This document shows positions 14,373-24,683 of a stretch of 64,000 bases of DNA, piece by piece (within the stretch, counting starts at the first letter, position 1; each line of letters begins with the position of its first letter). Source of the stretch: Phyllosticta citribraziliensis (lineage: Eukaryota); the NCBI RefSeq assembly GCF_038025025.1, contig NW_027117342.1, positions 62,001 to 126,000 on the forward strand, in the 5' to 3' direction. A program made the position numbers and the translations under genes. Under the pieces are notes generated by a model. That model did not search any database and was not told the DNA's origin. It worked only from the letters and a program-made list of their open reading frames with translations.

Positions 14373-14961
14373 CTGCAAGATCTGTCAGTCATGTGGACCG
14401 GGCGAAGGTGGATGCAAAGGAAAGGTGTGTAGAACCTGCGCGGCTCACGTTTGTGCTGACTCCGGGCCCTTGTTCTTGATATTCTCACGCATTTCCGCCT
14501 TGTGCTGTCGATGGGCGAGCGAATACGGGCCGGAGTTGATGAAATGGCTGGGGCGTGCGTGTGTTGGGCGGTCGGTCAAGGTCAGCAGTGGAGTGGGTGG
14601 ATGGAGAAGTGTTTGGGTCTCTGGAGGCAAAGGAGAATAGATGGTGTTGTGGGTGGGGTAAGGTAGGTAACACGCGACGCGCCGGTTTCGCGTCTCGTCG
14701 CGCAGCGCTACCTACCGTGCCACACCCACACCCACAACACCATCCCCCGTCTCGCCCTGTCCATCTCAACCGATAGTCACGACGCTCCGCCTCGTGCGCT
14801 CCTTGGCCCCATATTTGGGATTCTCTCCACACGAGCCGGCTGGCAAACCCTCCCCCGACCCACCACAACACACGCCAGCCGACAAAATGCCCTAAAGCGT
14901 TAGCCAGTATCGATGGCTTCGACTGTGCGGGCGGTCCCGTCTCTTTTGGAGCAGATGGAGA

Positions 14962-15744
14962 ATGGATGAGAGGAGAAGCGTCTTGGTGCGGCAAGAATAT
15001 GCACCTTCCCGTCTGGCTGCCCATCTCCAACTCTCACTTTGCTCCATCCGCTCGCGCCCATCGCGACCCTCGCCCCCGCGAAGCCAGAAGTGGAAGAAAG
15101 GTCGTGTCGTGTCCCCCAGGCCCGTCGCAAATGTCTCTCTTGCTGACCTCGTTGATGCTTGTAGACACTACCTCCAGACAACGCCGAAACTTGCGATGCA
15201 TCCTCCACCAACCTGTCATGACGACGTCAACCCGGCGGTCTTGACGAGCTTGCTACAGGACGTTACCAAAGCAAGAGCCCGCGTGCGCCAGGCCCGTCAG
15301 CAGCACGACACCACCGAAGGTTTGATCAGCTCCACCACCCAAGACCTCATCAAGGCGAAGGACACAGCTGCTGCAACCGACAAGGAGGCAACCAACCTCC
15401 AAAAGGCTCAGGTCGAGGTTGAAAGGATCGCCCAGCAATCGGCGGCCATCGAGGCTCTGCGCCAGATCGCCGCGCACAACAAACTGGAGCTCGACGGCGT
15501 GGCAGAAGCCGTCCGCACAGCCAACGACGACGTCAGAGTCAAGAGCCTCGCCAAGACGGAGGCTGAAGCGCACCTGGAGGAGCAGAAGCTCGTTCTTCGC
15601 CAGGAAATGCAGCATCTCCAGCAGAAAGAGGAGACCGTTTCCAGGGTCGCCTCGATAGACCATCTGCAGACTCTAGCAAGCGCCCTCGGACAATACCTAG
15701 AACATGAGAGAGGAGGACCGCCCCAGAAGAGGTCGAGGATTTGA
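14962..15744 (+). CDS. Orphan coiled-coil protein (260 aa) with C-terminal NLS-like PPQKRSRI
   Basis: Long ORF with heptad-like A/E/Q/K/L-rich helical composition; start codon uncertain. Confidence 0.6.
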   Translation: MDERRSVLVRQEYAPSRLAAHLQLSLCSIRSRPSRPSPPRSQKWKKGRVVSPRPVANVSLADLVDACRHYLQTTPKLAMHPPPTCHDDVNPAVLTSLLQDVTKARARVRQARQQHDTTEGLISSTTQDLIKAKDTAAATDKEATNLQKAQVEVERIAQQSAAIEALRQIAAHNKLELDGVAEAVRTANDDVRVKSLAKTEAEAHLEEQKLVLRQEMQHLQQKEETVSRVASIDHLQTLASALGQYLEHERGGPPQKRSRI

Positions 15745-18114
15745 CAACCGAGATCAAGGTATGTACCGGTGGGCAGTGCTTACTCCCCACATCCCTGACT
15801 TGGCGTCGATTTGGGCTAACGCTTCAAGGTAGTTTGATCGCCGAAGGTCCCAGGCTAAACACTCCTTTCGTACGCGTCGCCAACCATTTTTCGCCACCCT
15901 CAACCGTCAGGCCGTGTATCGCCGGCGCAGCGCAAACCACAATCATCTCCACAGCTCGTTTCAAATCACCACCACAATACCAGATTTAGGAGAGCAGAAA
16001 GGACAAAAGTGTGGTGGGACATGTGAAAATATGGGTTGCATATATGCGGAAGAGGGTTCTTCAAGGACCTGGGGTGATGCTATGTAGTGTATTAGCCAGG
16101 ATCCAGCATTTGGGACGGTCTGCGCGGATTGACCATCAAAACCCGCCGCCGTACTCTTCAGAATCAAACATGGGCGGTGCCATTCGACGGTCGCACTGTG
16201 GTTGACAAAGAAGATGGAGACGTGCAAGAATCCGGGTGAGGCTGGCGGGGGGTTTCGTGGTGGGAGAAAGATTCCGGGGTTTCTGAGCGTCGCATCGCAT
16301 CAGCTGCCTGCCTGCAGGTGGCCAGGTGTTCGGTTGTCGCCCCTGTCGTGAGGTCGGTGCTTTTTACTACCCACCCGAGACTGCGCTCCGCCTCCTCTCC
16401 GCCTGTCTGAAGACCCACTGCGACAACTGACACGGACGACGACCATGACCGACCGCGACGCGAATGCGCCTTGGCAATCCTGTCCCCACACGCCTGCAAC
16501 AGCTCGGAACGCGTTTCTTCTCGAGCAGACCGACTGTTGACAGCCGCAGCTTACGCCTCAAAGGTCCTGGCACCATCGACACCAACCCGCGAGCTCGCGA
16601 CGCTCTTGCGGACGGGACCTGACAGGCTTCTTCCGGCGGCCAAAGCGCTGGACAGCTCGGACCCGTGTGCCTGGTGGGCCGACACGGACAACAGTTCCTT
16701 GGCTCGGCCCTGCTCCGTACGACCAAGTCTTCTAGTTTCGCAGATCTTGTGTATCACCAAGTCATGTCCGATTGCGCCGCGTATCTAGCTACCCAATCAA
16801 TTGCCTCTTCCCCTCTCTTTGGCACACTCGGCTGCGGCTGCGGCGTCGAAGAATGACCCGCGAGAAACAGTCGGCGGTAGGCCCTGCGCAAAAAAGCAGC
16901 CAACCAACCAACCAATTGCTTTTGTCTCCCACATCACAGCACAACTTGCATTCGTCCTCAAAGAAACCGTGGGCAGACGGGAGCCAATTGTTGAAGCAGC
17001 TGCGCATCTACCTACCGAACTTCAGCGTTGTCGTCATGGTCGCCACGCTGGTTTCGTCTGGCGTTGGAACGGGCGAGGGCAACAGAACCAGCAAAAGACC
17101 GCGATGCAAGTCTTTCTCTACATGCAGAATTCACCTTCCATAGATCGTGCGCTTTCTCCCTAGCCCATGGACGTCTCTCCATAAAAGGATTCAGCAGCAG
17201 CACAGACGAGATGGACCTGGATCAATCCACACCTCCGCGCATCTCGCAGGGCACGCTCCAAGACGATCGCGGTACGGAGAGCGGCTGAAATGCATGCTTT
17301 GCAGCGAACCACTGTCCCTGCAGCCAGCGGCAGCCCGAGGGTACCGGCGGGCCGACGGGCGCACAGAAAACGACAAGGAATGCTCTGTGCCTGCCAGTCA
17401 GAGTACGGCAGGGCAGGGCAGCGTTCGCAACACACAGAACAGCAATCCCAAGCGGCATTGGATAAATCATCGGGCTCCTTTTCCCACATGTGGAGTATAG
17501 TGGTCCTGAAGTGAGTCCAGACGACGTGAGAAGGCTCAATTCTACACGCCCCGCGGCTACCTGCAAAGCCTCGGTCACGTCTCATAGACCCACCGATCGA
17601 ACTCCATGATATTTTCACCCGCGCGCAACACCCCTCTTCTAGTGTTCCAGATGAGATTGTGAGCGGGAGGGACGTGCCGAGAGACCATTCTCCATCATTG
17701 CTTGCTGGACCTGCCAGTGCTTTGCGGGATAATTACCAGAGCAAGCAGCCGGCTGGGGATCAACATCATCACCTCCATTTTCTTCTCTAGATCATATGGG
17801 ATGGCAGGACTGCGGGCGGGAGGTGAAACAAGGTGTCGGCGAAACTTTGGCAGTGTGCGTGGGCTGGTGGACGAAGAGATGGACTAGACGTCGTTTGCCC
17901 GCGGGCCCGTTTGCTCTGCTGCCACCAAGCAGCCTTTTCAGTTTATTGACTAATTGCATCCTCAGCCACCTCATTTCTTGACGCGACGACTAGTGTCTTG
18001 GGAAGAGACATGCTATGAGAAGCTTGGGATAAAGATGACTGCCTGGCTGGTTTCTTCACTACGTGTCCACCACCGACCAATGTCCAAAATACCACAACGT
18101 CCACCACCAAAGAA

Positions 18115-18774
18115 ATGAATGATGTTGCCGCAGAACCGTCTTCTTCTTCGTCCGCTTCTCCTTCTCCCCCGAACTCTCCTCTGGCTTCTTCTTCTTCTTC
18201 TCCTTCTCCTTCTCCCCTGGCTTCTCCTCTAGCCGCTTCTTCTTCTTCTCCTCCTCATCTTCGTCCTCGTCCTGCTCCTCCTTCTTGTCGGCCTCTCTCT
18301 TCTCCAACTCCTGTCCCGAGTTCTCCTCCGACCTCGCCAATCTCTTGGCTGGACCTAGAGGGGCAGGAATGTTTATCGGCAACGACGAAATCGGCACCAA
18401 AGACTCCCCGGAAGCAACAAGCATGTCGGGCTCCATCATTGCCGCCCCCTGTGTGCAAGAAGCGTCCACTGCTGCTCGAGGTCAAGGCAGACGAGGCAGA
18501 GCTCCGAGCATGGCTACTAGCTCCATCAACGCCAACACCGATTCGCAAGAAGCGTCCACTGCTCGAAAATGAAGCATCGGCTCCATTAATGCCAACACCC
18601 ATCCACAGGAAGTGTCCACTGCTCGAAGTCGGAGCAGACGAGCTAGAGCCTCAGACTAGTCGCAATGTACGCCGCCGGCTCTTCCGCCACACCAACACCA
18701 ACACCAACAACATCGACGCTGGGACTGGCGGCGGCACATCACCTGCACCTCTTCTCCTTGGGGTCGGGCGGTGA
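18115..18774 (+). CDS. Ser/Pro-rich disordered hypothetical protein with three KKRPLL(E)-type repeats and VRRRLF
   Basis: 219-aa ORF; module AAG(C/T)GTCCACTGCT repeated three times (~18459, 18550, 18610); N-terminal third is pyrimidine-rich microsatellite-like sequence. Confidence 0.4.
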   Translation: MNDVAAEPSSSSSASPSPPNSPLASSSSSPSPSPLASPLAASSSSPPHLRPRPAPPSCRPLSSPTPVPSSPPTSPISWLDLEGQECLSATTKSAPKTPRKQQACRAPSLPPPVCKKRPLLLEVKADEAELRAWLLAPSTPTPIRKKRPLLENEASAPLMPTPIHRKCPLLEVGADELEPQTSRNVRRRLFRHTNTNTNNIDAGTGGGTSPAPLLLGVGR

Positions 18775-19443
18775 TTGAGAGGGAGGGAATGTACAGCAGA
18801 TGAGAGAGGGAGAGGGAGAATTTGTGAGGAGGGCGTTCCGGTCGGTGGGTCAGGTTAGAGACACGGCCGCGGTCGGTCGGCGGGGGGCTAATGGTGGTTG
18901 GGGGGTTTCTTAAACAAAGTACATTCAATCCATCCCTCAGCTCATTGGCATTTTGTTTCTGTGCTTGTTCCTTCGGCTGTCCTTCAATTCAACAGTACAT
19001 ACGTGCTCGTATGGGTATTGGTCGGATGCCGTGATGCCTGGGTGTGGTTGGTGAGCGATGACGTCACACCTCCGATGCGTGATCAGATTCGATTTGATTC
19101 ATTCATGGCTTGAGGCGACCGAACAGGCGTCAAAGAACATGTAACTTAGGATGGATTCTTCTGCGGTGGGGAGGACGCAGCACATGGATGGCTTTGGTTG
19201 TTCCCCAAGTCCCAAGTCCCCACACTCGGTACCTCGGTTACCTGGGGGGTAACCGGGGCGCCGGCGGCATACATTACGTAAGGTTTCGGTTGCCGGCAAA
19301 TCGCCGTGGGTGCCTGAGGTGCCAATCCCGCCGGCAACAGCATTCCGTCGAGTCCCTCCCGTCCCCGCTCACGTCTCGACTCCCGTCGTCGCAACATCCA
19401 TCCTTTCCATCCACAGCTCTTCTTGCATGTCGTCCAACTGAGA

Positions 19444-19524
19444 ATGGCCATAACGCGCAGGTACCCATCCGCCCGCCAATCCTTGGACAGCGACGTCGAA
19501 CCATCGGTTGGAGACCCGCGCAGC

Positions 19525-19558
<34 letters not shown>

Positions 19559-21870
19559 GCGACGACGGTAACAGCCAAGGCGATAGTGGGACTGACGACG
19601 GAAATGACGACGGAAATGACGACGGAAATGACGATGGACATGACGACGAGCAACTCTCCGAGGACGGCATCTCTTCGACTCATTCTCACCCGTATCCCAA
19701 GCTCGCCAACCAGCTGGCAGCGTCGAAATGGGGCCTAGGCAGGTCCGTTTTTCTCCAACACTTCGACAGCGCTGCCTACAATTCGCGAACTTTCCTGCGC
19801 CAGCTTGTGTCCTGGGTAGAACATGGCTCGCTGGAAATGGATGAAATTCACCGGCAGATTCAAGCTACTTGGCACCATGTCTTCAAATGGCCCCCAAACC
19901 ACCCGTTCAGCCTAAAGATTCTCACCGTCACATTGGAGCGGCTGCAGGCCCAAGGGCTCGAAACAGACGTGCCGTTGCGAAAGGATAATCGAAAGAGGCC
20001 TACGAAGGGAAGGGCCCTCCAGATAGAGGCGCAAGGCGACGATGGCCTTGCTGCTCGCAAGTCCGCGCCGCCGGCGACAGAGGCTAGAAGAAACCCAAGC
20101 GCAAGTGCTTTCCGCGTCCAGGTTCAATATTGTGTTCATGAAACTAACTTCTGAGACACGCAGACTCTCCGAAGCAAGTTGGCGCGACCCACAGGTGTCG
20201 ACATCGACAACGACGAGCCCAATGCAGGGAATGCCCGCAAAATGACCCGTACCACTGCTGTTGCGCAGCAGCCTCGAGGTGAAAAACGCAAGCAGGCGGA
20301 CACCGCAATGGATTCGGACCTATTTTCTCCTGGCAAACGCGTAAGAGCAAGAAGCTCCACAACCAACATCATCACATACTCAAAAAAGCCAACGGCTACG
20401 CGGCTGGGGAATGCGGTAAGTAGAAGTGAAAACTCAACATATCTGGATACTCATCTGCTGCCAGCCTCTGTCAAATCCACGTACGCGCACGAGATCCCCA
20501 CCCAAAAGCGATCGTCCTAGAACACCTCAACCGAGACAATCCCCAAGCACTCCTTCTCCCGAAAGAGGCCGCGACGCAACTGACGAAATCCCCGACGAGG
20601 TCCCACACTTGGAGTAAGAGCATACACATCAGAGATGATAGGGAATCTAACGTTGAACAGTAGTAACATCTTGGACGACCAGGCCGAGGAGTCTCAAGAA
20701 ACAGTTTATGCGACCGGTAGTGAGGGCAGCAGGACCACTGAAAAGTCGATGGAAACTGAGTGGACTTCGGCTCCATTCATTCACGATGCTCTCAAAATTT
20801 TTGCCCCAGCCTCCTGCAGAATTCTGGACAGTTCGACCCTCAATCTTGATAGAAGAAGAGACTTTTCTTTTGGAACGCTCACGATTGGCAAACATGACAC
20901 AGAAGCAGCCCTCCCTGTTTTGAAAAACGGGAACCACTGGGGTCTCGCCACTTTGGATTTACAAAGCGGCACGGGCAAGTTTATCGACTTGCGCGACACC
21001 AAAGGCGTTGTTTCCCCAGACGTCAATGATGCTCTGGTGGAACTTGGGACGCGATTGTGCGCGGACAAGGAATGGCGTTTTTCCACGATGCCGACCGCCG
21101 CACCGCAACTCAACTCTGATGACTGCGGTCCTTACACTGTCGCTGCTGCTGCCATGAATCATTGGTATAGCAATGACTCTTTCCCCCTGGAGTCCATCGA
21201 CGCAGCCTTGTGGAAGGTCACTCTGGAAAGGGCGGTAGCGGAGTTCAGGTCGCCTTCAACACAAACCGAGCCATTGGGGCCCCTGGACTATGAACAGACG
21301 CCGCATCAAGAAATGCAGGAATTACTCGCCTCGAATTCGGAAATAGGTTCCCTCGACGATGCGTCCCTCTTTAGACTTCAACAAAAACTGCGGGAGAAGA
21401 TCGAGGACGTGATTCGGGACGTTGTACCGATTCGTTCACAACTGAGCGATGGGGGCTTGAAGAAGATGCTCGACGGCAGCAAGCAAGAGGCCGACAGGTT
21501 GCTGCAAGAGATGGACCAAGAAAAGAGGTTTCGCGAGGATTACGTCGCCATCAATGACGTAGCGAAAGAGCGAGCCAAGGCTTCGCGCCACGCTCTCCAC
21601 AAGGCCAAGCTCGAGAGTTGGGGCACGGCCGAGATTCGCGCCTACGACCAGGCGCTTGCGGGCCTTGCGAGGCGCAAGCAGGAGATTGGAGACGCCATGC
21701 GCGGAATCGAGGCGGCGATCCGGACGCGCGACCACGTTTTGGGGAAAGCTCTGGAGCAGCAATTGGAGGTTGGAAATCAAATTAAGGATTTGAATGCGAA
21801 GGTGGAAGAGGAGCTGGCCGCGCGGAAGAATAAGGTGTGGGAAGATTGGAACAGTGCCATGATGGGATGA
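19444..21870 (+). CDS. Ulp1/SENP-like cysteine protease (peptidase C48), 4 exons, 755 aa: acidic N-terminus, helical domain, disordered linker, C48 domain, coiled coil
   Basis: Exons 19444-20100, 20164-20415, 20465-20613, 20661-21870 join in frame (introns GCAAGT..CTAAC..CAG, GTAAGT..CAG, GTAAGA..CTAAC..CAG). Catalytic His (LPVLKNGNHWGL), Asp (FIDL), oxyanion Gln and Cys (PQLNSDDCGPY) are present. Confidence 0.85.
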
Positions 21871-23120
21871 TTGGCAGGAGGAGGTTCCAGGCTAGTTGGT
21901 ACATGCAGGTAATGAATTGGTCGAGTCGCCCCGGGGTCCCGTCGCTCGTCCCGCCACCCACGACACCACCCACCGCACCGCAACGATGCTGGCCCAGTCT
22001 ACATCCTTCGACCATCCATAATTCATCCATCCATCCAGTCATCCTCTTTTGCACCGGCCGTTCCTGTCAATCCGCGTTCGGTCTTTGAGCGGCCCGCGCA
22101 TCGACTCCCGTCGGCGAGCGACATGGATCATGTTCCGTTGATCGACGTGCCGTGGGAGAAAGAGATGGTGTTGGTAGCGTCCGTAAATTGCTGCCCAAGA
22201 TATATGGACCTTTCAATTCGGAAGTACTTGGCCGCCGGCGGCAGCAGCTCCCATCTCTCCTCCTACCACACCAACCACACAAAAGCAGTGCTCGACGCCA
22301 CAAACGCTTCCACCGACTCCGCTGCGCCCAGGAATGCCACAAACAGCCACTCCTCGACGCAGACCTACCTATCTTTTCAAGAACTCGGCCCGCAACTTTC
22401 GCCGCCACCTTGTTTGGGACAACAGAAAACAACAGCAATCGGACGGAATCCTCGGCGGGGGGAGCCTCACAGCAATCCACCAAGCCATCGCACTGCTCTT
22501 GCGAGAAGTGTCGATTGCAGGAGCATTGTCCGCAGCTTCGAAATCGCCACCACCCCGGCAACTACGAGCAGGAGGGCGCTTCTTCGGCCGTCGTTTTTGG
22601 CCTGCATTCTGCGGTTACCGGTGGCCATTCTGTGCAAAAGGAATGACTGCCCTTCGCATTTCGCGAATGAGATTCGCCACGACAGTGAATTACACTCCGC
22701 CTCGGGGCCAGGTCACGGCGGCTCTAAGCGTGGGCGGCCACCGCGAAACAGATCCAAGAGCAAGAGCATGACGAGTCCTCCTCCTCCTCCTCCTCTTCTT
22801 CTTTGAAGATGAGGCCAAATATGACGACAACAGTGAAATCGCCAAGGATGCCGACGAGCTGGCCTCAGAGAAGAGCGCTGCTGTCATCTTCCCTGATCCT
22901 CCTCAGGTACGTAGCTCGACGCGAGCGGCGCGTCGCGGCGCAACAACAGCGTCGGCGGCGACACATGAGACGCAGTCAGCGGTGCGCCTCCTCGCGTATC
23001 CTCTTCCTACCCTTCTACAAACGGGCGTTTGACCAGTAACCCCTATGACCAGGCAAAACCAAACAGCAACGGAGACTCCTTTACGGCGTCGACACCCACA
23101 TCTCCTTCTGGAGTGCCGAT

Positions 23121-23180
23121 CGACAGCATGCAGTGCCGACCGACAGCATGCAGTGCCGACCGACAGCATGCAGTGCCGCC
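23121..23180 (+). repeat. 20-bp tandem repeat x3 (CGACAGCATGCAGTGCCGAC)
   Basis: Directly visible. Confidence 0.95.
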
Positions 23181-23250
23181 CGATGCGGGTCGAGAGTCTC
23201 GCCCAGTGCGTCCAGCCCCCAAGAACTTTCACATCGCAGCGCCCCTTAAA

Positions 23251-23292
23251 GACATTGTGCTTGGACCGCCCAAGACTGCCTTTGCATCAAGC
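23251..23292 (+). pseudogene. Short fragment DIVLGPPKTAFASS matching a motif of a conserved Pezizomycotina protein (putative eIF4E-binding family)
   Basis: Motif recalled from memory; only 14 aa, embedded in ORF 23029-23451. Confidence 0.4.
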
Positions 23293-23542
23293 GGCGGCCG
23301 AGCGCGTCAGCATTCACGACAAGGTTTGCAAATGCAAGAGCGAGCGGAGCAAGAATGGGACCTTGAGCAACCATCGGGACACGAGATTGCGGACAAGGAG
23401 GACAAAGCTTCACACAGTGGCGTCATCGTCGCGACACCGCTGGACCCATGACAACGAGCACGGATATCAAGGAGGACCCTCGATGCGGCTCATGTTGTAG
23501 ATGGAGACTTCTCGGTCGTCAAAGCAGCGGTGGAGGATGGCC

Positions 23543-23628
23543 AGCACATCTCGCTAGCAGGAAGCACATCTCGCTGGCGGGAAGCACATCTCACTGGCGG
23601 GAAGCACCCCCGCTCGGCATATGCCTCC
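23543..23628 (+). repeat. Locus B of the dispersed repeat family: 20-bp unit x3 plus conserved tail
   Basis: AGCACATCTCGCT(A/G)GC(A/G)GGA x3, then AGCACCCCCGCTCGGCATATGCCTCC, nearly identical to the tail of locus A. Confidence 0.85.
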
Positions 23629-24249
23629 AACTCACCCTTCTCAACCGGACCCGAGCCCATCTTCTCGTCCAATTGCACCCTCGTCACAATCAGCTCCCTC
23701 AGCGCCGTCGGTCCTGTACCGACAATGTTCAGTCGATTTTGAAAGGATCCATTGGCTTGGGAGATGCTGTTGACGGTCACTATCAGGGGATCCCCAGGAT
23801 TTTGGCCTGTTCGTTCCATCGAACTCCGCGCATCTTCATGAGCCATCTCCTGCGCCCTCCACTCTTCTTAACTGTGCAACACAATGAGCCACCATCCAGC
23901 AGCGACGATGAGTGCCAGAATGATACGGCGCTGCCTGACGACCGTCTTCGAACATTAGAACACAACTCCCCCTCGGAATCGCCATTCCATACTGCCAAAT
24001 CTCATAAAGTAAATGTCACCGGGCGAACCTTTCACCTGACCTGCCGACCAAACGCGTTTCTGCATCCCATCCACTACTCACCACCCATGTGCGGTTCTCA
24101 AGACGCGCGAGGACGACATACATCATTCATCTCTGCTGACCAATGCCTCTTTCATCCCCCATCTGCGCGCTTTGCCCATCGCTTAGCGGCCATGACTGCC
24201 CCGGTCCTCGACGCACTCTTTAAGGCCTACATCACGAGGTGCGTCCTGC

Positions 24250-24419
24250 ACGATCTCTTCCACCACAATGGCCATCTGAGTTGGGCCTTTGTAGGCGTAG
24301 TGCTTGACCATATACCTATAGGTCTCGCGCGCAGTCTCCACTGAGAGAAGTGAGCGCTTGAGCTGCTCGCCAGTCGAGTTGAGCATGACGCTGCGAACGC
24401 GACTGTCCTTGGCAAGCCA
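24250..24419 (-). mobile_element. Copia gag (UBN2-like) fragment, not RIP-mutated
   Basis: WLAKDSRVRSVMLNSTGEQLKRSLLSVETARETYRYMVKHYAYKGPTQMAIVVEEI fits the Copia gag pattern W..KD..AR..I.............TA.E.W..L...Y. Confidence 0.65.
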
Positions 24420-24683
24420 CAAGCAACGCCCTGGTCTCGACTACCTGCAGACCTACACCGCCACTGTTCGCGCAGCCACATTGAAGCTGCTACTTGCGCT
24501 TGCGGCGAATTAAGGATGGTTCATCTTCCAGGACGACGTGATCGCCACGTTGCTGAATGGGAGGATAGACCGCGCGGGTGTCTACATTCACCTGCCCCCT
24601 GGTTTCAAGGAGACCGATGGCCAAGGCGTCGAGCTTGTCGGCGAACTCCCAAAATCGCTGTACGGCCTGAAGCAGGCCCCATG
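24418..24683 (+). mobile_element. Copia reverse transcriptase (RVT_2) fragment, not RIP-mutated, one stop codon
   Basis: HKQRPGLDYLQTYTATVRAATLKLLLALAAN*GWFIFQDDVIATLLNGRIDRAGVYIHLPPGFKETDGQGVELVGELPKSLYGLKQAPW; collinear without gaps with the RIPped RT at ~8755-9020. Confidence 0.93.

Noticed and set aside
22723..22750. AT-hook-like KRGRPPR in ORF 22123-22806
   Set aside because: Single short motif in an ORF with no other coding support.
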